A stretch of DNA of 64,000 nt from Sphyrna mokarran (taxonomy: Eukaryota), in contig JAGIQG010000018.1 in assembly GCA_024679065.1 (NCBI GenBank), positions 21,266,001 to 21,330,000 on the forward strand, in the 5' to 3' direction. The translations under genes were made by a program, and so were the position numbers. Below, in pieces: positions 49,927-62,640 of this stretch. The notes beneath the pieces were generated by a model. The model was not told the DNA's origin and made no database searches. It saw only the letters and a program-made list of their open reading frames with translations. How positions within the stretch are numbered: position 1 is the first letter of the stretch; the number at the start of each line of letters is the position of its first letter.

Positions 49927-50338
49927 CCGCCCTCCTGAAAGTGCCGACTTGCGATCCAGCTAGGGCCATGTAGTCGGAATCGGTAATAATGCGGACCCTC
50001 ACACCACGGTCATGCACTACCAGCACAGTGCTGCTGAGCTCCAAACTGGATATGGTAAAGACGCAGACATCCAGCGAGTGGCGAGCGCTGAGCAACAAGC
50101 GGGTCAGGCAGCTCAGAGCGCTTTCCCGGTGCGACAGGCCACAGTCACAGTGGCCGGGACTCGACAGCAACAGTGGGCGTACGCACGTTACCGGGGCCGG
50201 GAAGAAAAGCACCTGGGACGGGCACCGCTGGCACAGCCTCTTCAGAGACCGGATCAAGTAATAGAATCCTTCGGCTGCAAGAGAGAAGCCAAGCGCGAAC
50301 AGCAAGCCCCGCCAAGCCGGAACAGCTATCAACAACAT
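49927..50338 (-). CDS. PLD6: PLD6 coding exon 1
   Basis: GGCGCCATG start context; N-terminal hydrophobic anchor; VLFFP; CCCH zinc motif (C..CDCGLSH); SLDVCVF; RGVRVRIITDSDYM; donor GCGG|gtgagt, phase 1, compatible with exon 2. Confidence 0.96.
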
Positions 50339-50339
50339 G

Positions 50340-50500
50340 GCGCCCCTATCACCTACCACGCGCGCTGCAGCACGTGCCATACCACAAACCCTCACCACAT
50401 CAACTGAAATGTGCGACGCTATGACGTCAACAGGTCGCGTGAATTTAAATAACGGACTTTCGAAAGATAAAAGGAACAGGTGAGAACTCCTTCATTAAAA
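50340..50500 (-). promoter_or_regulatory. PLD6 CpG-rich promoter/5' UTR with a full CRE palindrome TGACGTCA (50422-50429)
   Basis: CpG-dense stretch ~49800-50470 in a CpG-poor window; CRE and YAACKG motifs are visible. Confidence 0.6.
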
Positions 50501-50530
50501 ACCGGATTAACTATGATGTCAAGAAATAAT

Positions 50531-52175
50531 GTAAGAAGTACAACAGGTTTATTTGGTAGCAAAAGCCACTAGCTTTCAGGGCGCCTTCAGATACAAACTC
50601 AGTTTACAAAATAGTGATTGAAATGCGAGTCTTTACAGGTAATCAAGTCTTAAAAGGTACAGATAATGTGAATGCAGAGAGGGTCAAGCACAGGTTAAAG
50701 AAACGTGCATTGTCTCCAGACAGGAAAGTTATTGAGATTTTTAGGTAAGTCCAGGCAAGTCATAGGGGTTACAAATAGCGTGATAGATTCCAGTTGAGGG
50801 TATCCTCATGTATGTGAGATTTGGCTATCAGTCCTGTTCAGCGATTCTGCACTGTCATGTGTCATGAAAGCCACCTTGGAGAACGCTTATTGACAACTGA
50901 ACAATGAGGAACATTACAGATAGTTACTCAATGCTGACAACTGCCAGTTTCCACGTACAATTTTACAATTCATCCGTTTCATCCTGGACCGCCAACAACC
51001 AGTTCTTCCTTCAGCCACACGGAACACCTCAATATGTCAATGTCTTCATGCACAGATTCAAACAAGACCTCTTCACTGCACGGGACCTTCAACCAATACT
51101 ATACACCCAATACATTGATGAATTTTCTTCTTTTGGACTTATGGTGAACAATCATTGATACAATTATATGATGACATCAACAAGTTCCATCCCACCATCA
51201 GATTCACCATGAACTACTCTCTAGAATTGGCTGCATTCTTGGACACACACATCTCCATCAATGACATTCACCTCTACTACACACTACACACAATATTTGA
51301 ATAATTATAATTTGGATAAATTACACTGCAGCTGTAATTGATTTGCCCATTCACCCAACCTGTCCAGATCATGCTGAAGTATCGTTGTCACATTTCACCC
51401 TTCCACCCAAATTTAGGATGTTACATTTTGGTCCCTCATCCAAGTCCACAGCAAATTACCCAGCCTTCAGGAGAACAGTGACCACAACACCACACAGCCC
51501 TGCCACAGCAACCTCTGCAAGACATGCTGGATCATCGACATGGATCCATCTGCTCACATAAGAACACCATCCATTCTCAATTTGTTGGAGTGGATGAGGT
51601 ATATGGTACATACTCTTGCAACTTGGCCAACATTGTCTACCTGATACACTGCGCTCTTTCTGTTGGGGAATACTTCAGCAATCACGGGCATTCGGCCTCT
51701 GATCTTCAGGTAAGTGTTCTTCAAGTCAGCCTTCGCGACATATAACAGCACAAAGTCACTGAGCAGAGACTGTAGCCAAGTTCCATATACATGAGGATGG
51801 TCTCAACTGGACCTTGGGTTCATGTCACACTATCTGTAATGCCCATGACTTTCCTGGGCTTGCAGAATCTCACTAACTGTCCTGTCTGGAGATGATACAT
51901 ATCTCTTTAACCTGTGCTTAACACTTTTCACTCACACTGTACCTTTGAGACTTGATTACCTGTAAAGACTTGCATTCCAACCATTATTTTATAAATTGAG
52001 TTTGTATCTTTATATGCTCTGTTTGTGAATAGAACTCCCTCTCAACTTACAAAGGAGCTGTAAGCGCTCCAAAAGCTAGTGGATTTTGTTCCCAAATAAA
52101 TCTGTTGGACTTTAACTTGGTGTTGTGAGACATCTTACTGTGTTTACCCAAGATCAACTCCAGCATCTCCACCAT
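50531..52175 (+). mobile_element. Penelope-like retroelement with inverted 5' terminal repeat
   Basis: RT remnant PQYVNVFMHRF...TQYIDE and GIY-YIG remnant YSCNLANIVYLIHC. Segment 50531-50889 is an inverted copy of ~51710-52139. Confidence 0.85.
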
Positions 52176-52639
52176 CAATAAATAATGTGGCAGGAAAGAT
52201 AGAACATTATTTTTATCTATTTATTCACAGGCCGTGGGTATTACTGACTGGAATATAATGTCGATCTTTCATTTCTTTTTTGGATATGGGTGAACTATCT
52301 TCTGAAGCGCTCTGGTCCATGTGGTGTTGCAGCACCCACAGTACTATTAGGGAGGCAGTTCCAGCATTTTGACCAATGATTGATGGAATGGCAATATGGT
52401 TCTAAAGTAGATGATGTGTTGCTTGGAGAGGAACTTGCAGGCAATGATGATCTAATGCACCTGCCATCCTTGGTCCTTTTAGGTGATGGTCATAAGGTCA
52501 CTGTCAAAGCAACTTTGGTGCATTGCTACAGTGTATTGTACAGATGGCACATGCTGCTGCAACTGTGCACTTGTAGCGCAGGGAGTGAATGTTTAAGATG
52601 GCAGTTCGAGTGTTAATCAACCAACCTGTTTTGTCCTGG

Positions 52640-52955
52640 ATAGAATCCCTGCAGTGTAAAAGGAGGCTATTCATCCCATTGAGCCTGCACTGACAAAAAT
52701 CCCACCCAGGCCCTATCCCCATAACCCCACTTTTACCCTGCTAATCTCCCTACCACTAAGGAACAATTTAGCATGGTAGTCAACTTAAGCCACACATCTT
52801 TGGACTGTGGGAGAAAACTAGAGCATCCAAAGGAAATCCATGCAGATACAGGGAGAATATGCAAATACCACAGAGTGACCTGAGACCAGTACTGAATCCA
52901 GGTCCCTGGCACTGTGACATAGCAGTGTTAACCACTGTGCCACCATTGCACCACA
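52640..52955 (-). mobile_element. V-SINE (HE1-like)
   Basis: Head, V-domain and tail as in the other copies. Confidence 0.85.
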
Positions 52956-53308
52956 TGGGTTCCCCTCCATGCCACTCACATCCTACATGGAATTGGAAAA
53001 TCTAAATGCATCAATGCCACAGCTTTAAATGCTGTAGGTTGTCTGTTCCCCAAAAATCACCCAACTCTCCCTCTCCCATTCCAGATTTGGAAATTTTTGT
53101 CCTGACTGCAATCGAACTTTGTTAGTTTCCTTTTTCACAAATTCAAGGCAGGAGTCTAAACTGTTGGCAGTAAACAGAGACTTTTTTACCCATGTATCAG
53201 GTATGGCTTCTGTTTGAAGCTATCCTACAAGGTATCTGGAGAGTGGATGGTGTCAACCATCTTCAGGGTTGTTGGTGTGGTATTCATCCAGGCAAATGGA
53301 GAGCATTT

Positions 53309-54880
53309 CATAGAACATAGAACATAGAACATTACAGCACAGAACAGGCCCTTCGGCCTTCGATGTTGTGCCGACCAAAATAAAAAGCAATGCCCCTCCA
53401 AACTAAACCATTCCCTTCTCTTCCATATACTTATCAATTAACCTCTTAAACGCCACCAAACTTGGCGCATCTACAACAGCTGCAGGCAGGGCATTCCACT
53501 CCCTAATCACTCTTTGAGTAAAGAACCTACCTCTGATATCCGTCCTATAACTCATACCCCTTAATTTAAAGCTGTGTCCCCTCGTGCTAGCTTTCTCCAT
53601 CCTAGGAAAAAGGCTATCACTGTCCACCCTATCTAAACCTCTAATCATCTTATATGCTTCAATAAGATCCCCTCTTAGCCGCCTCCTTTCTAACGAAAAC
53701 AACCTCAAATCCTTCAACCTCTCTTCATAGGACCTGCCCTCCATACCAGGCAACATCCTGGTAAACCTCCTCTGTACCCTCTCCAATGCCTCCACATCTT
53801 TCTTATAATGTGGGGACCAGAACTGCACACAATACTCCAAGTGCGGCCGCACTAGAGTTTTGTACAGTTGCAACATGATGCTGCGGCTCCTAAATTCAAT
53901 CCCCCTACCAATAAAAGCTAAGACTCCATATGCCTTCTTAACAACTTTATCCACTTGACTGCCTACTTTCAGGGATCTATTGACACATACACCAAGATCC
54001 TTCTGTTCCTCAACACTATTAAGAGCCCTACCATTAGCCCTATACTCTACACATTTATTGTTCCTGCCAAAGTGCATTACCTCACACTTTTCCACATTAA
54101 ACTCCATTTGCCACCTCTCGGCCCAGCTCTGCAACTTGTCCAAGTCTCTCTGCAAACTAGAACACCCCTCTTCACTATCTACCACTCCACCGACTTTAGT
54201 GTCATCTGCAAATTTACTGATCCATCCTTCAATACCCTCATCCAGATCATTTATAAAAATTACAAACAGCAGGGGCCCCAAAACAGACCCCTGAGGCACA
54301 CCACTTGTCACCGAACTCCACGATGAATATCTCCCATCAACCACCACCCTCTGTCTTCTATCTGCCAGCCAATTCCTAATCCAATTAGCTAAATCACCCT
54401 CTATTCCACACATCTGCATTTTCTGTAGAAGTCTTCCATGGGCCACCTTATCAAAAGCCTTACTAAAGTCCATATATACTACATCAACCGCCTTACCCCC
54501 ATCCACCTCTCTGGTCACTTTCTCAAAAAACTCAATGAGGTTAGTAAGGCATGACCTACCCTTCACGAAACCATGCTGACTATCCCCAATCAATTCATTT
54601 CTCTCTAAATAACTATAAATCCTATCCCTAATAATTCTCTCCAATACCTTGCCCACAACAGAAGTAAGACTCACTGGCCTATAATTCCCAGGAAGGTCTC
54701 TCTTCCCCTTCTTAAACAATGGGACCACATTCGCTATCCTCCAGTCCTCCGGAACCACACCCATAACCAACGAGGACCTGAAGATCAGAGCCAGAGGCTC
54801 TGCAATCTCCTCTCTTGCCTCCCAGAGAATCCTAGGGTAAATCCCGTCCGGCCCAGGGGACTTATCCAACTTCAAACCCT
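53309..54880 (-). mobile_element. Very young 5'-truncated CR1 LINE with an uninterrupted 490-aa ORF2 fragment
   Basis: ORF 53403-54875 has the full RT motif set (SPGPDGI, NYRPVSLTS, QHGFVKGRSCLTNL, GVPQGSVLGP, KFADDTK) and a (TTCTATG)3 tail. Confidence 0.97.
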
Positions 54881-55209
54881 CAAATCACATTCATCACATT
54901 CCTGACTTGTGCCTTGTAGATAGTGGACAGAATTCAGTGAGTCAGGAGATGAGTTATTGCTGCAGAATTTCTAGCCTCTAACTTGCTCTTATAGCCATGC
55001 TATTTATTTGACTGGTACAGTTCAGTTTCCATTAATGGAAAACCCCATCCTTTCCTTGGATGTTTTAGTGGGGATTCAGCAATGGTAATGCCATTGATTG
55101 TCAAGAGAATTTGATTAGATTTTCTGTTGTTGGAGATGGTCATTGCCTGACACTTACATAGTGCAAATGTCATTTGCCATTTATCAACTCAAACCAGGAA
55201 GTTGTCTAG

Positions 55210-56040
55210 ATGAGAAATTGGGAAATAATGGTACTTTGAGGAATCAAGATGTCCTTGTGCACAAATCACAGAAAATTAATATGCAGAGCATCAAGCAATT
55301 CGGAAAGCAAACAGTTTGTTAGCCTTAGTTACAAGGGCATGAGCTATAAGAATAACAAAGTTTTATTGGAATTGTACAAGGCCTTGGTTTTGGTCCACTT
55401 AATTAAGGAAGGACACATCTATCCTAGAGGGAATACAATGAAGGTTTACTAGACTGATTCTTATGATGAGGGGATTGTTCTGTGAAGAATAGACCAAGTC
55501 TATGGTTCCTAGAGTACCATATGAGAAGTGACCTAATTGAAATAGTATAATGTATGCAATTTTTTAGAACAATACTTTTGGAACCAAATAGGAAGCAGGC
55601 TGTTTTAAAGCTCGTAATATGTAATAAGACAATTAATTAATGATCTCATGGTAAACAATCCTCTGTGTAAGAGCGATCATAACCTGATCTTCTTCACTCA
55701 CTCATTCAACTGCTAACAATTTCAGCAAAAACCCAAACTCAAAAGCCCTCCTACCTTAAAAGTGCCCCCAGTCAACCATTGCTTCCTCTGCACTGTTTGA
55801 GGGTGTGCAATTTGGGTCTGAAACTTAAATAAATACAATTACAAGATTATGGAGACAGAGGTGGCCAACATGAACTGGACAAATAGGTTAAAAAGAAACA
55901 CTGAAGAGCAACAGTGTTAGACATTTAATAACGCAACAAAAAATATATTACGCTGGCAAAGACTGTACGAGACTATGTACCATCCATGGCTAACTAAGGA
56001 ATTCAAGGATGGTATCTGTTAGAAAAACAAACATAGTTTT
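55210..56040 (+). mobile_element. Old CR1 fragments
   Basis: LLELYKALV and SDHN remnants. Confidence 0.55.
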
Positions 56041-56049
56041 AAGAGATTT

Positions 56050-57735
56050 ATAAGAACGAAGAAAATTACAGCATAGGAACAGGCCCTTCGGCCCTCCAAG
56101 CCTACACTGACCATGCTGCCTGACTTAACTAAAACCCTCTACACTTCCAGGGACAATATCCCTCTATTTCTATCTCATTCATGTACTTGTCAAGAACTTT
56201 CCACTCATCTGACGAAGGAACAGCATTTCTAAAGCTTGTGAGTTTACTATCAAATAAATTTGTTGGACTTTAACCTGGTTTTGAGAGACTTCTTATTGTG
56301 GACACACTCGTCACAGCCCTCCACTCAGAAACACATCCTTCCACTGCTACCCTTTGTCATCTTTGACCTAGCCAGTTTTGTATCCACCTTGCCAGCAACT
56401 TCACCTACTGCACCAGTCTGCCATTTCCTCTGATTCCACATATAAAATCCCTCCCTTGTCCTTGAGAGGGCCAACCCTTTCCCTGGCTACGCTCTTGCTC
56501 TTTATATTTGTGTAAAAAGCCTTGGGATTTTCCTTGATCCTGCTGGCAATGCTTTTTCATGATCCCTTTTAGCTCTTCTTACTCCTTGCTTAATTGTCTT
56601 TCTACTTTCCTTGTATTCCACACTTGCTTCGTGTGTTCCCAGCCTCCTAGCTTTGACAAATGCTTCCTTTTTTTCTTTGACTAGGCTCACAATATCTCAT
56701 TATCCAAGGTTCCAAAAACTTGCCATACATATCCTTCATCCTTCCAGGAACGTGCCAGTTCTGGATCCCTATCAGCTTATGCTTGAAAGCCTTCCACATG
56801 CCAGATATTGATTTGCCCTCAAACATCTGCACCAATCTACATTCTTCAGTTCCTGTCTAATATTGTTGTAATCAGCCTTCCCTGAGTTTAGCATCTTAAC
56901 TTGAGGACTGCCCTTATCTTTATCCATCAGTGCCTTAAAGCTTACTGAATTATGGTCACTGTTTCCCTACCGAAACATTGACCACCTGGCCGGGCTCATT
57001 CCCCAATACCAGGTTCAGTATGGTCCCTTCCTTAGTTGAACTATCTACATACTGTTTCAGGAAGCCCTCCTGTATACTCCTTACAAACTCTGGCTCATTC
57101 ACGCCCCTAGCACTAAGTAAGTTCCAGTCAATATAGGGGAAATTAAAATCTCCCATCACAACAACCCTGTTACTTTTACACCTTGCCAAAATCTGCCTAC
57201 ACATCTGTTTTCTCAATCTCCCACTGGCAGTTGGATGGCCTGTAATAAACCCGCAACATTTTGACTAAACCTTTCCTATTCCTGAGCTCTAGCCATATTA
57301 CCTCACTGTATGAACCTTCCGAGGTGTCCACGTGGAGTACAGTTGTGATACTTTCCCCCACTCCTTTTACATTTTCCTCAATCACACCTGAAAATCCTGG
57401 AATATTAAGTTGCCAATCCTGTCCTTCCCTTAACCAAGTCTCTGTAACGGCAGCTACATCCTAATTTCTAGTACTAATCCAAGCCCTAAGTTCATCTGCC
57501 TAACCTATTACACTTCTTGCATTGAAACAAATGCACTTCAGTCCACCAGACCCTCTCTGATTTGCAATCCCACCTGCCTGCTGTTTCTCTGAGTTTTATT
57601 GGCCCTACTCTCTCGTTCCCCTTCAGCTAATTTATCTTTGCTTTGGGTTGCATGCCCCTGCCAAACTAGTTTAAATCCTCTCCTATGACACTAGCAAACG
57701 TCCCAGTCAGAATATTTGTGCCCCTCCAGTTTAGA
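56050..57735 (-). mobile_element. Internally deleted CR1 LINE (endonuclease region plus tail), with a Penelope terminal fragment at ~56195-56300
   Basis: EVIWLELRNRKG..YYRP, VVVMGDFNFPYIDW and LVLGNEPGQV remnants. Confidence 0.85.
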
Positions 57736-58014
57736 TGGATTGTTAAATATTTATTTGTATTATTAAATATTAGAAATAAGGTATAGTTTTAAGTGGGTTC
57801 AATTTTATGTTTCTATGTAAGAAAAAGGAAAAGCTATATTTGTGTGTGGAGTTGATTCAGTTTCAACTGTGCTTCTATTGTGCTTAGAAAAGGTTATGGC
57901 ATGAAGAATAAATAGAAACTAGCAGAATTAGCTATGGTTGATTGGGGGTTTTTTAAGGTAAAAATTTCGTTTAGCTTTTGAATTTAGTTTTTACTGAATT
58001 TTTTTGGCAGTTGA

Positions 58015-61000
58015 AGAAACAAAGAACAGCACAGAGACAGACTCTTCAGCCCTCCAGGCCTATGCTGATCACAATGCCTGCCTAAACTAAAACCGTATGC
58101 ACTTATGGAGTCCATATTCTTTCATTCCCACCCTATTCATGTATTTGTCTAGCTGTCCATTAAATGCTGCTAATTGTACCACTTCTCCAGTATGCGCATT
58201 CCAGACATTGACCACCTTCCATGTAAAAAACATGCCTCACACAAGTCCTCTAAACTTTTCCCCCCTTAAATCTATGTACCCTAGTACTTGAATTTTCTAC
58301 CCTGGGAAAGAGAATCTGACTACCCACTCTGCCATGCCACTCAATCTTGTAAACATCTATCAGATCACCCATCAACTCTGCTGTTTCAATGAGAACATAC
58401 TGAGTTTATCAAACCTCTCTTCATAGTTAATACCCTCCAGACCCCTAGTAAACCTCTTTTGTACTCTCTCTTTACATCCTTCTGGTAGTCTGGTGACCAA
58501 AGTTGTACACAATATTCCAAACTAAGGTTCTAAGGCCTAACTAAGGTTCTGTACAGCTGCAGCATGATCTACCAACTAATGAAGGCAAGCATGCCATATG
58601 CCTTCTTGACTATCTTATTCACCTGTGTTGCCATCTTCAGTGATCAGTGAACATGTACACCCAGATCTCTCTGCCTATCAATGCTCCTAAGGGTTCTATC
58701 ATTTACTGTATAATTCTTTCATGCATTGGATCTTCCAAAATGTATTACCTCACATTTGTCTGGATTAAACTCCATCTGCCATTTCTCCACCCAAGTCTCC
58801 AACTGGTCTATATTTTGCTGTATCCTCAGACAGTCCTCTTCACTGTCTGCAACTTATCTGCAAACTTAATGATCAGATCAGCTACATTTTCCTCCAAATC
58901 ATTTATATACACTACAAACAACAAAAGATCCCAGAACAGTTCCCTGTGAAACACTGCTAGTCACAGCCTTGCATTTGGAAAAGCACCCCTCTACTTCAGT
59001 GCTTAAGCCAATTCTGTATTGGTTTGCCATCCTTCCTCTGATCCTATCTGACTTCACTTTTCGTACCAGTCTACTATGAGCTATCTTGTCAAAGGCTTTA
59101 CTGAAGTCCATGTATACAACATCCACCAATTTTCTCTTGTATATCATCTTCGTCACTTTCTCGAAAAACGGGATCAAGTTAGTGAGACATGACCTCCCCT
59201 TGACAAAGCTACGCTGTCTAATCACTAATTATGTCCATTTGTTTCCAAGGAGTAAATCCTGTCCCTAAGAATCTTTTCCAATAATTTCCCTACCACTGAC
59301 ATAAGGCTTACCAGTTTTTAATTTCCTGGATTATCCTTGCTGCCCTTTTAAACAATGGAACAACATTGGCTATTCTCCAGCCCTTGGAACTTTACCTGTA
59401 GTCAATTAGGATATAAAATTTTCTGTCAAGGCCCCAGCAATTCCCTTCCTTGCCTCCCTCAGTATTCTGGAGTAGATCCCATCAGGTCCTGGGAACTTAT
59501 TTACTTTAATGCTTTTTAAGATTCCCAACACTTTTTTGACATCAACATGACACACAACATCTACACACCCTACTCTAGGCTCCTGATCCATTATCCATCA
59601 AATCCTTCTCTTTTGGTGAATACTAAAGCAAAGTATTCATTTAATATCTCACCCATTTCCTCTGGTTCCATGCATAAATTCCCCCCACTATCCTTGAGTG
59701 GAGCAACCCTTTCTCTGGCTACCCTCATGCTCTTTACATACGTATAAAATGCCTTAGGATTTTCCTTAATCCTGTTTTCCAAGAATTTCCTATGACTCCT
59801 TTTAGCCCTCCTAACTCCTTCCTTAAGTTTCTTCCTATTTTCTTTATATTCAAGGGCTTCATCTTTCTTAAGCCTTTTAGACCTTATGAATACCTCCTTT
59901 TTTTTTGGCATGGTTCATAGTATCCCTCATTATTCAGGGTTCCTGATACTTGCCACACCTACCCTTCATCCTCACAGATCCTGAATTCCAATCAACTGAC
60001 ATTTGAAATCTGTCAGATGTTGATTTACCCTCAAATAGCCTTCTCCAATCTAAACTCTCCAAATCCTGCTTAATGTTGTTGTAGTTAGTCTTCCACTGAG
60101 GACTCTTGTCCTTATCCATAAGCACCTTAAAACTTACAGAATTATGATCACTGTTCCCAAAATGCTCTCCTACTGAAACTTCTAGCCAGGCTGATTCCCT
60201 ATTACCAGTTCTAATGGGACTCCTTCCCAAGTTGTTATTTAATACTGTTTCAAGAAACCCTCCTGGATGCTCCTTAAAATTCTGCCTCATCCAAGCCCCT
60301 AGCAGTGAGTGAGTCCCAGTCAATATAGGGAAAGTTAAAATCACGCATCACAACAACCGTGTTGTTTTTGCATCTTTCCAAAATCTGCAAATCTGCTACT
60401 GTATCTCCTGCTGGCTGTTGGGAGACCTGTAATAGACCCCCAACATCGTGACTATATCCTTTCTATTCCTGAACACTACCAGTATTGCCTCGCTGCCTGA
60501 ACCTCCAAGGTGTCCCCCTCTGTATAGCTGTGATATTCTTCTTAACCAGTAATGCAACTCCCCCATCCCTCTTACTGCCCTATCTATCCTGTTTGAAGCA
60601 TTTAAATGTTTAGTTGCTAATTCTGCCCTTTCAACCGCATCTCTGTAAAAACAACATAATATTTCCAAGTAATAATCCAAGCTGTGAGTTCATCTGTCAT
60701 ATCTGTTATACTCATCGCATTAAAACAAATGAACTTCAGACCATCAGTTCCATTGTGTTCATCAACTGCTTCCTGTCCGCGCTTCCTCTTAATTTTACTG
60801 GTCTTAGTTTGTAGCTCTCCTTCTGTTATTTCTCCTGCTGACCTACTGCCATATTAGTTTAAACCCTCGAGGAAATCTACCTGCAAGGATATTGGTGATC
60901 CTCCAGCTTAGGTGTACCCTATTCTTCTTTATATGTCCCATCTCTCCCAGAAGAGATCCTAATAATCAAGATATCTGAACGCCTCCCTCCCACACCAGTT

Positions 61001-62360
61001 CTTTATCCATTTAGTTGTACCATCTCCCTTCTTGTGATGAAGTCCCTGAACATGCATCATTACACCCAGACTCTCCGTAAATGGTGTCAAACTTTTGATT
61101 TGCCTCTGAAGCCTGCTCTCCCACTTTACTTGGTCTGCTTTCCCTTGAGTTCTCCTGAGTAATAGTACCTGATTCTCTATTCTCTTACCTTCAGAGTTAA
61201 GACAGTCTTTCTGTCTCACTGGCATGTGGCACAGGAGGTAATCCTGAGATTATAACTCTAGAGATCCTCTTTTAACTTGCTACCTAACTCCCTGAACTTC
61301 CCTTTCAGGACCTTGCCACTTTTTCTATCTATGTCATTAGTACCAATGCATACTACAACCTCTGCTATTCACCCTGCCCATTTCAGAATGTCCCATGATT
61401 GTTCAGAAACATCCTTGGCTCTGGCACCAAGGAGGCAACGTAGCATACTGCAGTCTTTTTCTCAGCCATAGAAATGTCTGTCTGTGTCCCTGACTGTAGA
61501 GATCCCTTAATTATTGTTCTTCTATGCTTTGACCCTCCCTGCAGAACAACAGAGCCTGTTGTGGTGCCACTGCCTTGGTTGCTGCTGTTTTCCTTTGATT
61601 GGCTATTCACCCCAAACAGTATCTAAAATGCTATACTTGTTAGCGAGGGGGACAGCCACACAGGATTCCTGCACTTACTGTCTGCCCTTTCTAGCGGTCA
61701 CCCATCTATCTGCCTGTACCTTGGGTGTGACCATGCCTCTAAAGCTCCCATCTAAGATGCTTTCCACACCTGCATGTTCCTAAGTGCATCCAACTGCTGC
61801 TACAATCAATCCATGCAGTCTGTGAGGAGTGCAATTGGGTACACTTCCTGCAGATGTATTTGTCTGGAACAAGCGAAGACTCACAGATTGCCCACATCTC
61901 ACAGATGAAGCATTTTACCCCACCAACTGACATTTATACAACTAATGAATTTATTTACAAATAAATTTTATTTTAATATTTAGGTTATAATTAGCTATAC
62001 AGTCTTGGTGCTAGATTTCCACTATAAATATTAATAGCTAAATACACTGGTCTCCTATACTATTTAATTAGGTTTTTTTAAACTGATTATTTATCCCTCT
62101 TAATCTGAAATCAAATTAAAAACAGTAATTTAAATCAAACTCAATAGATTTTCAAATTTAACCCAGACTCCCTTCCGGTCAATCAGCTCACAGTCTCCTG
62201 TGATTCACTTTACTGTTTTTTTCAAATTATGAAATAAACAATCTTACCTTTATCTGGCTGTCTGTCTATCTCCCAGAATGAAGGCCACAAATCCCCGAAG
62301 TAAAGTATTTATACTCTTATCTTTACCTGGCTGTCTCTCAATCTGTCCCAGCTTGGCTCC
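58015..62360 (-). mobile_element. Near-full-length but decayed CR1 LINE (5' UTR, ORF1, ORF2, tail)
   Basis: ORF1 zinc-finger-like VKCFICEMW...YICRKC at ~61930; endonuclease (GVYYRSPN, GNSDHN); RT (GRSCLTNL, DFSKAFDK); many stops. Confidence 0.9.
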
Positions 62361-62640
62361 ATCCCAGACTGAGTGAACATCTCTCAACTCTGCTAGAAGC
62401 TGGACAGGTAAAGGAATTAAAAAAAAGGCACCCTTTCTAAAGGACCAAATTCAGGCCAGGCAATCAGGGAATTGAGACTGAAAGATTGTCTTAATTCTGA
62501 AATTAAGGGAATAGAGAACCAGGTACTACTGTTCAGAGGAGAATTCAAGGGAAAGCAGACAAAGTAAAGTGGGAGACCAGACTTCAGAGGCAAATCAAGT
62601 TTAATACCATTTACAGAGAGACTGGGTGTAATGATGCATG

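Larger units (their letters stand above)
52210..55210 (-). mobile_element. Old CR1/L2-clade LINE interrupted by a V-SINE and a young CR1
   Basis: Pieces 52210-52640, 53240-53308 and 54890-55210 are colinear with 9890-10720. Confidence 0.7.

Noticed and set aside
45160-49973. Many long Pro-rich (- strand) and Gly/Arg/Glu-rich (+ strand) ORFs, up to 809 aa
   Set aside because: They are open in most frames because the G-rich repeat rarely forms stop codons. They lie in the PLD6 intron and have no splice or domain support.
53403-54875. Reverse transcriptase next to a PLD-family nuclease as a retron-like or defence system
   Set aside because: The RT is an ordinary 5'-truncated CR1 ORF2 with many relatives in the window, and PLD6 is a spliced vertebrate gene. 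Proximity is expected at this repeat density.
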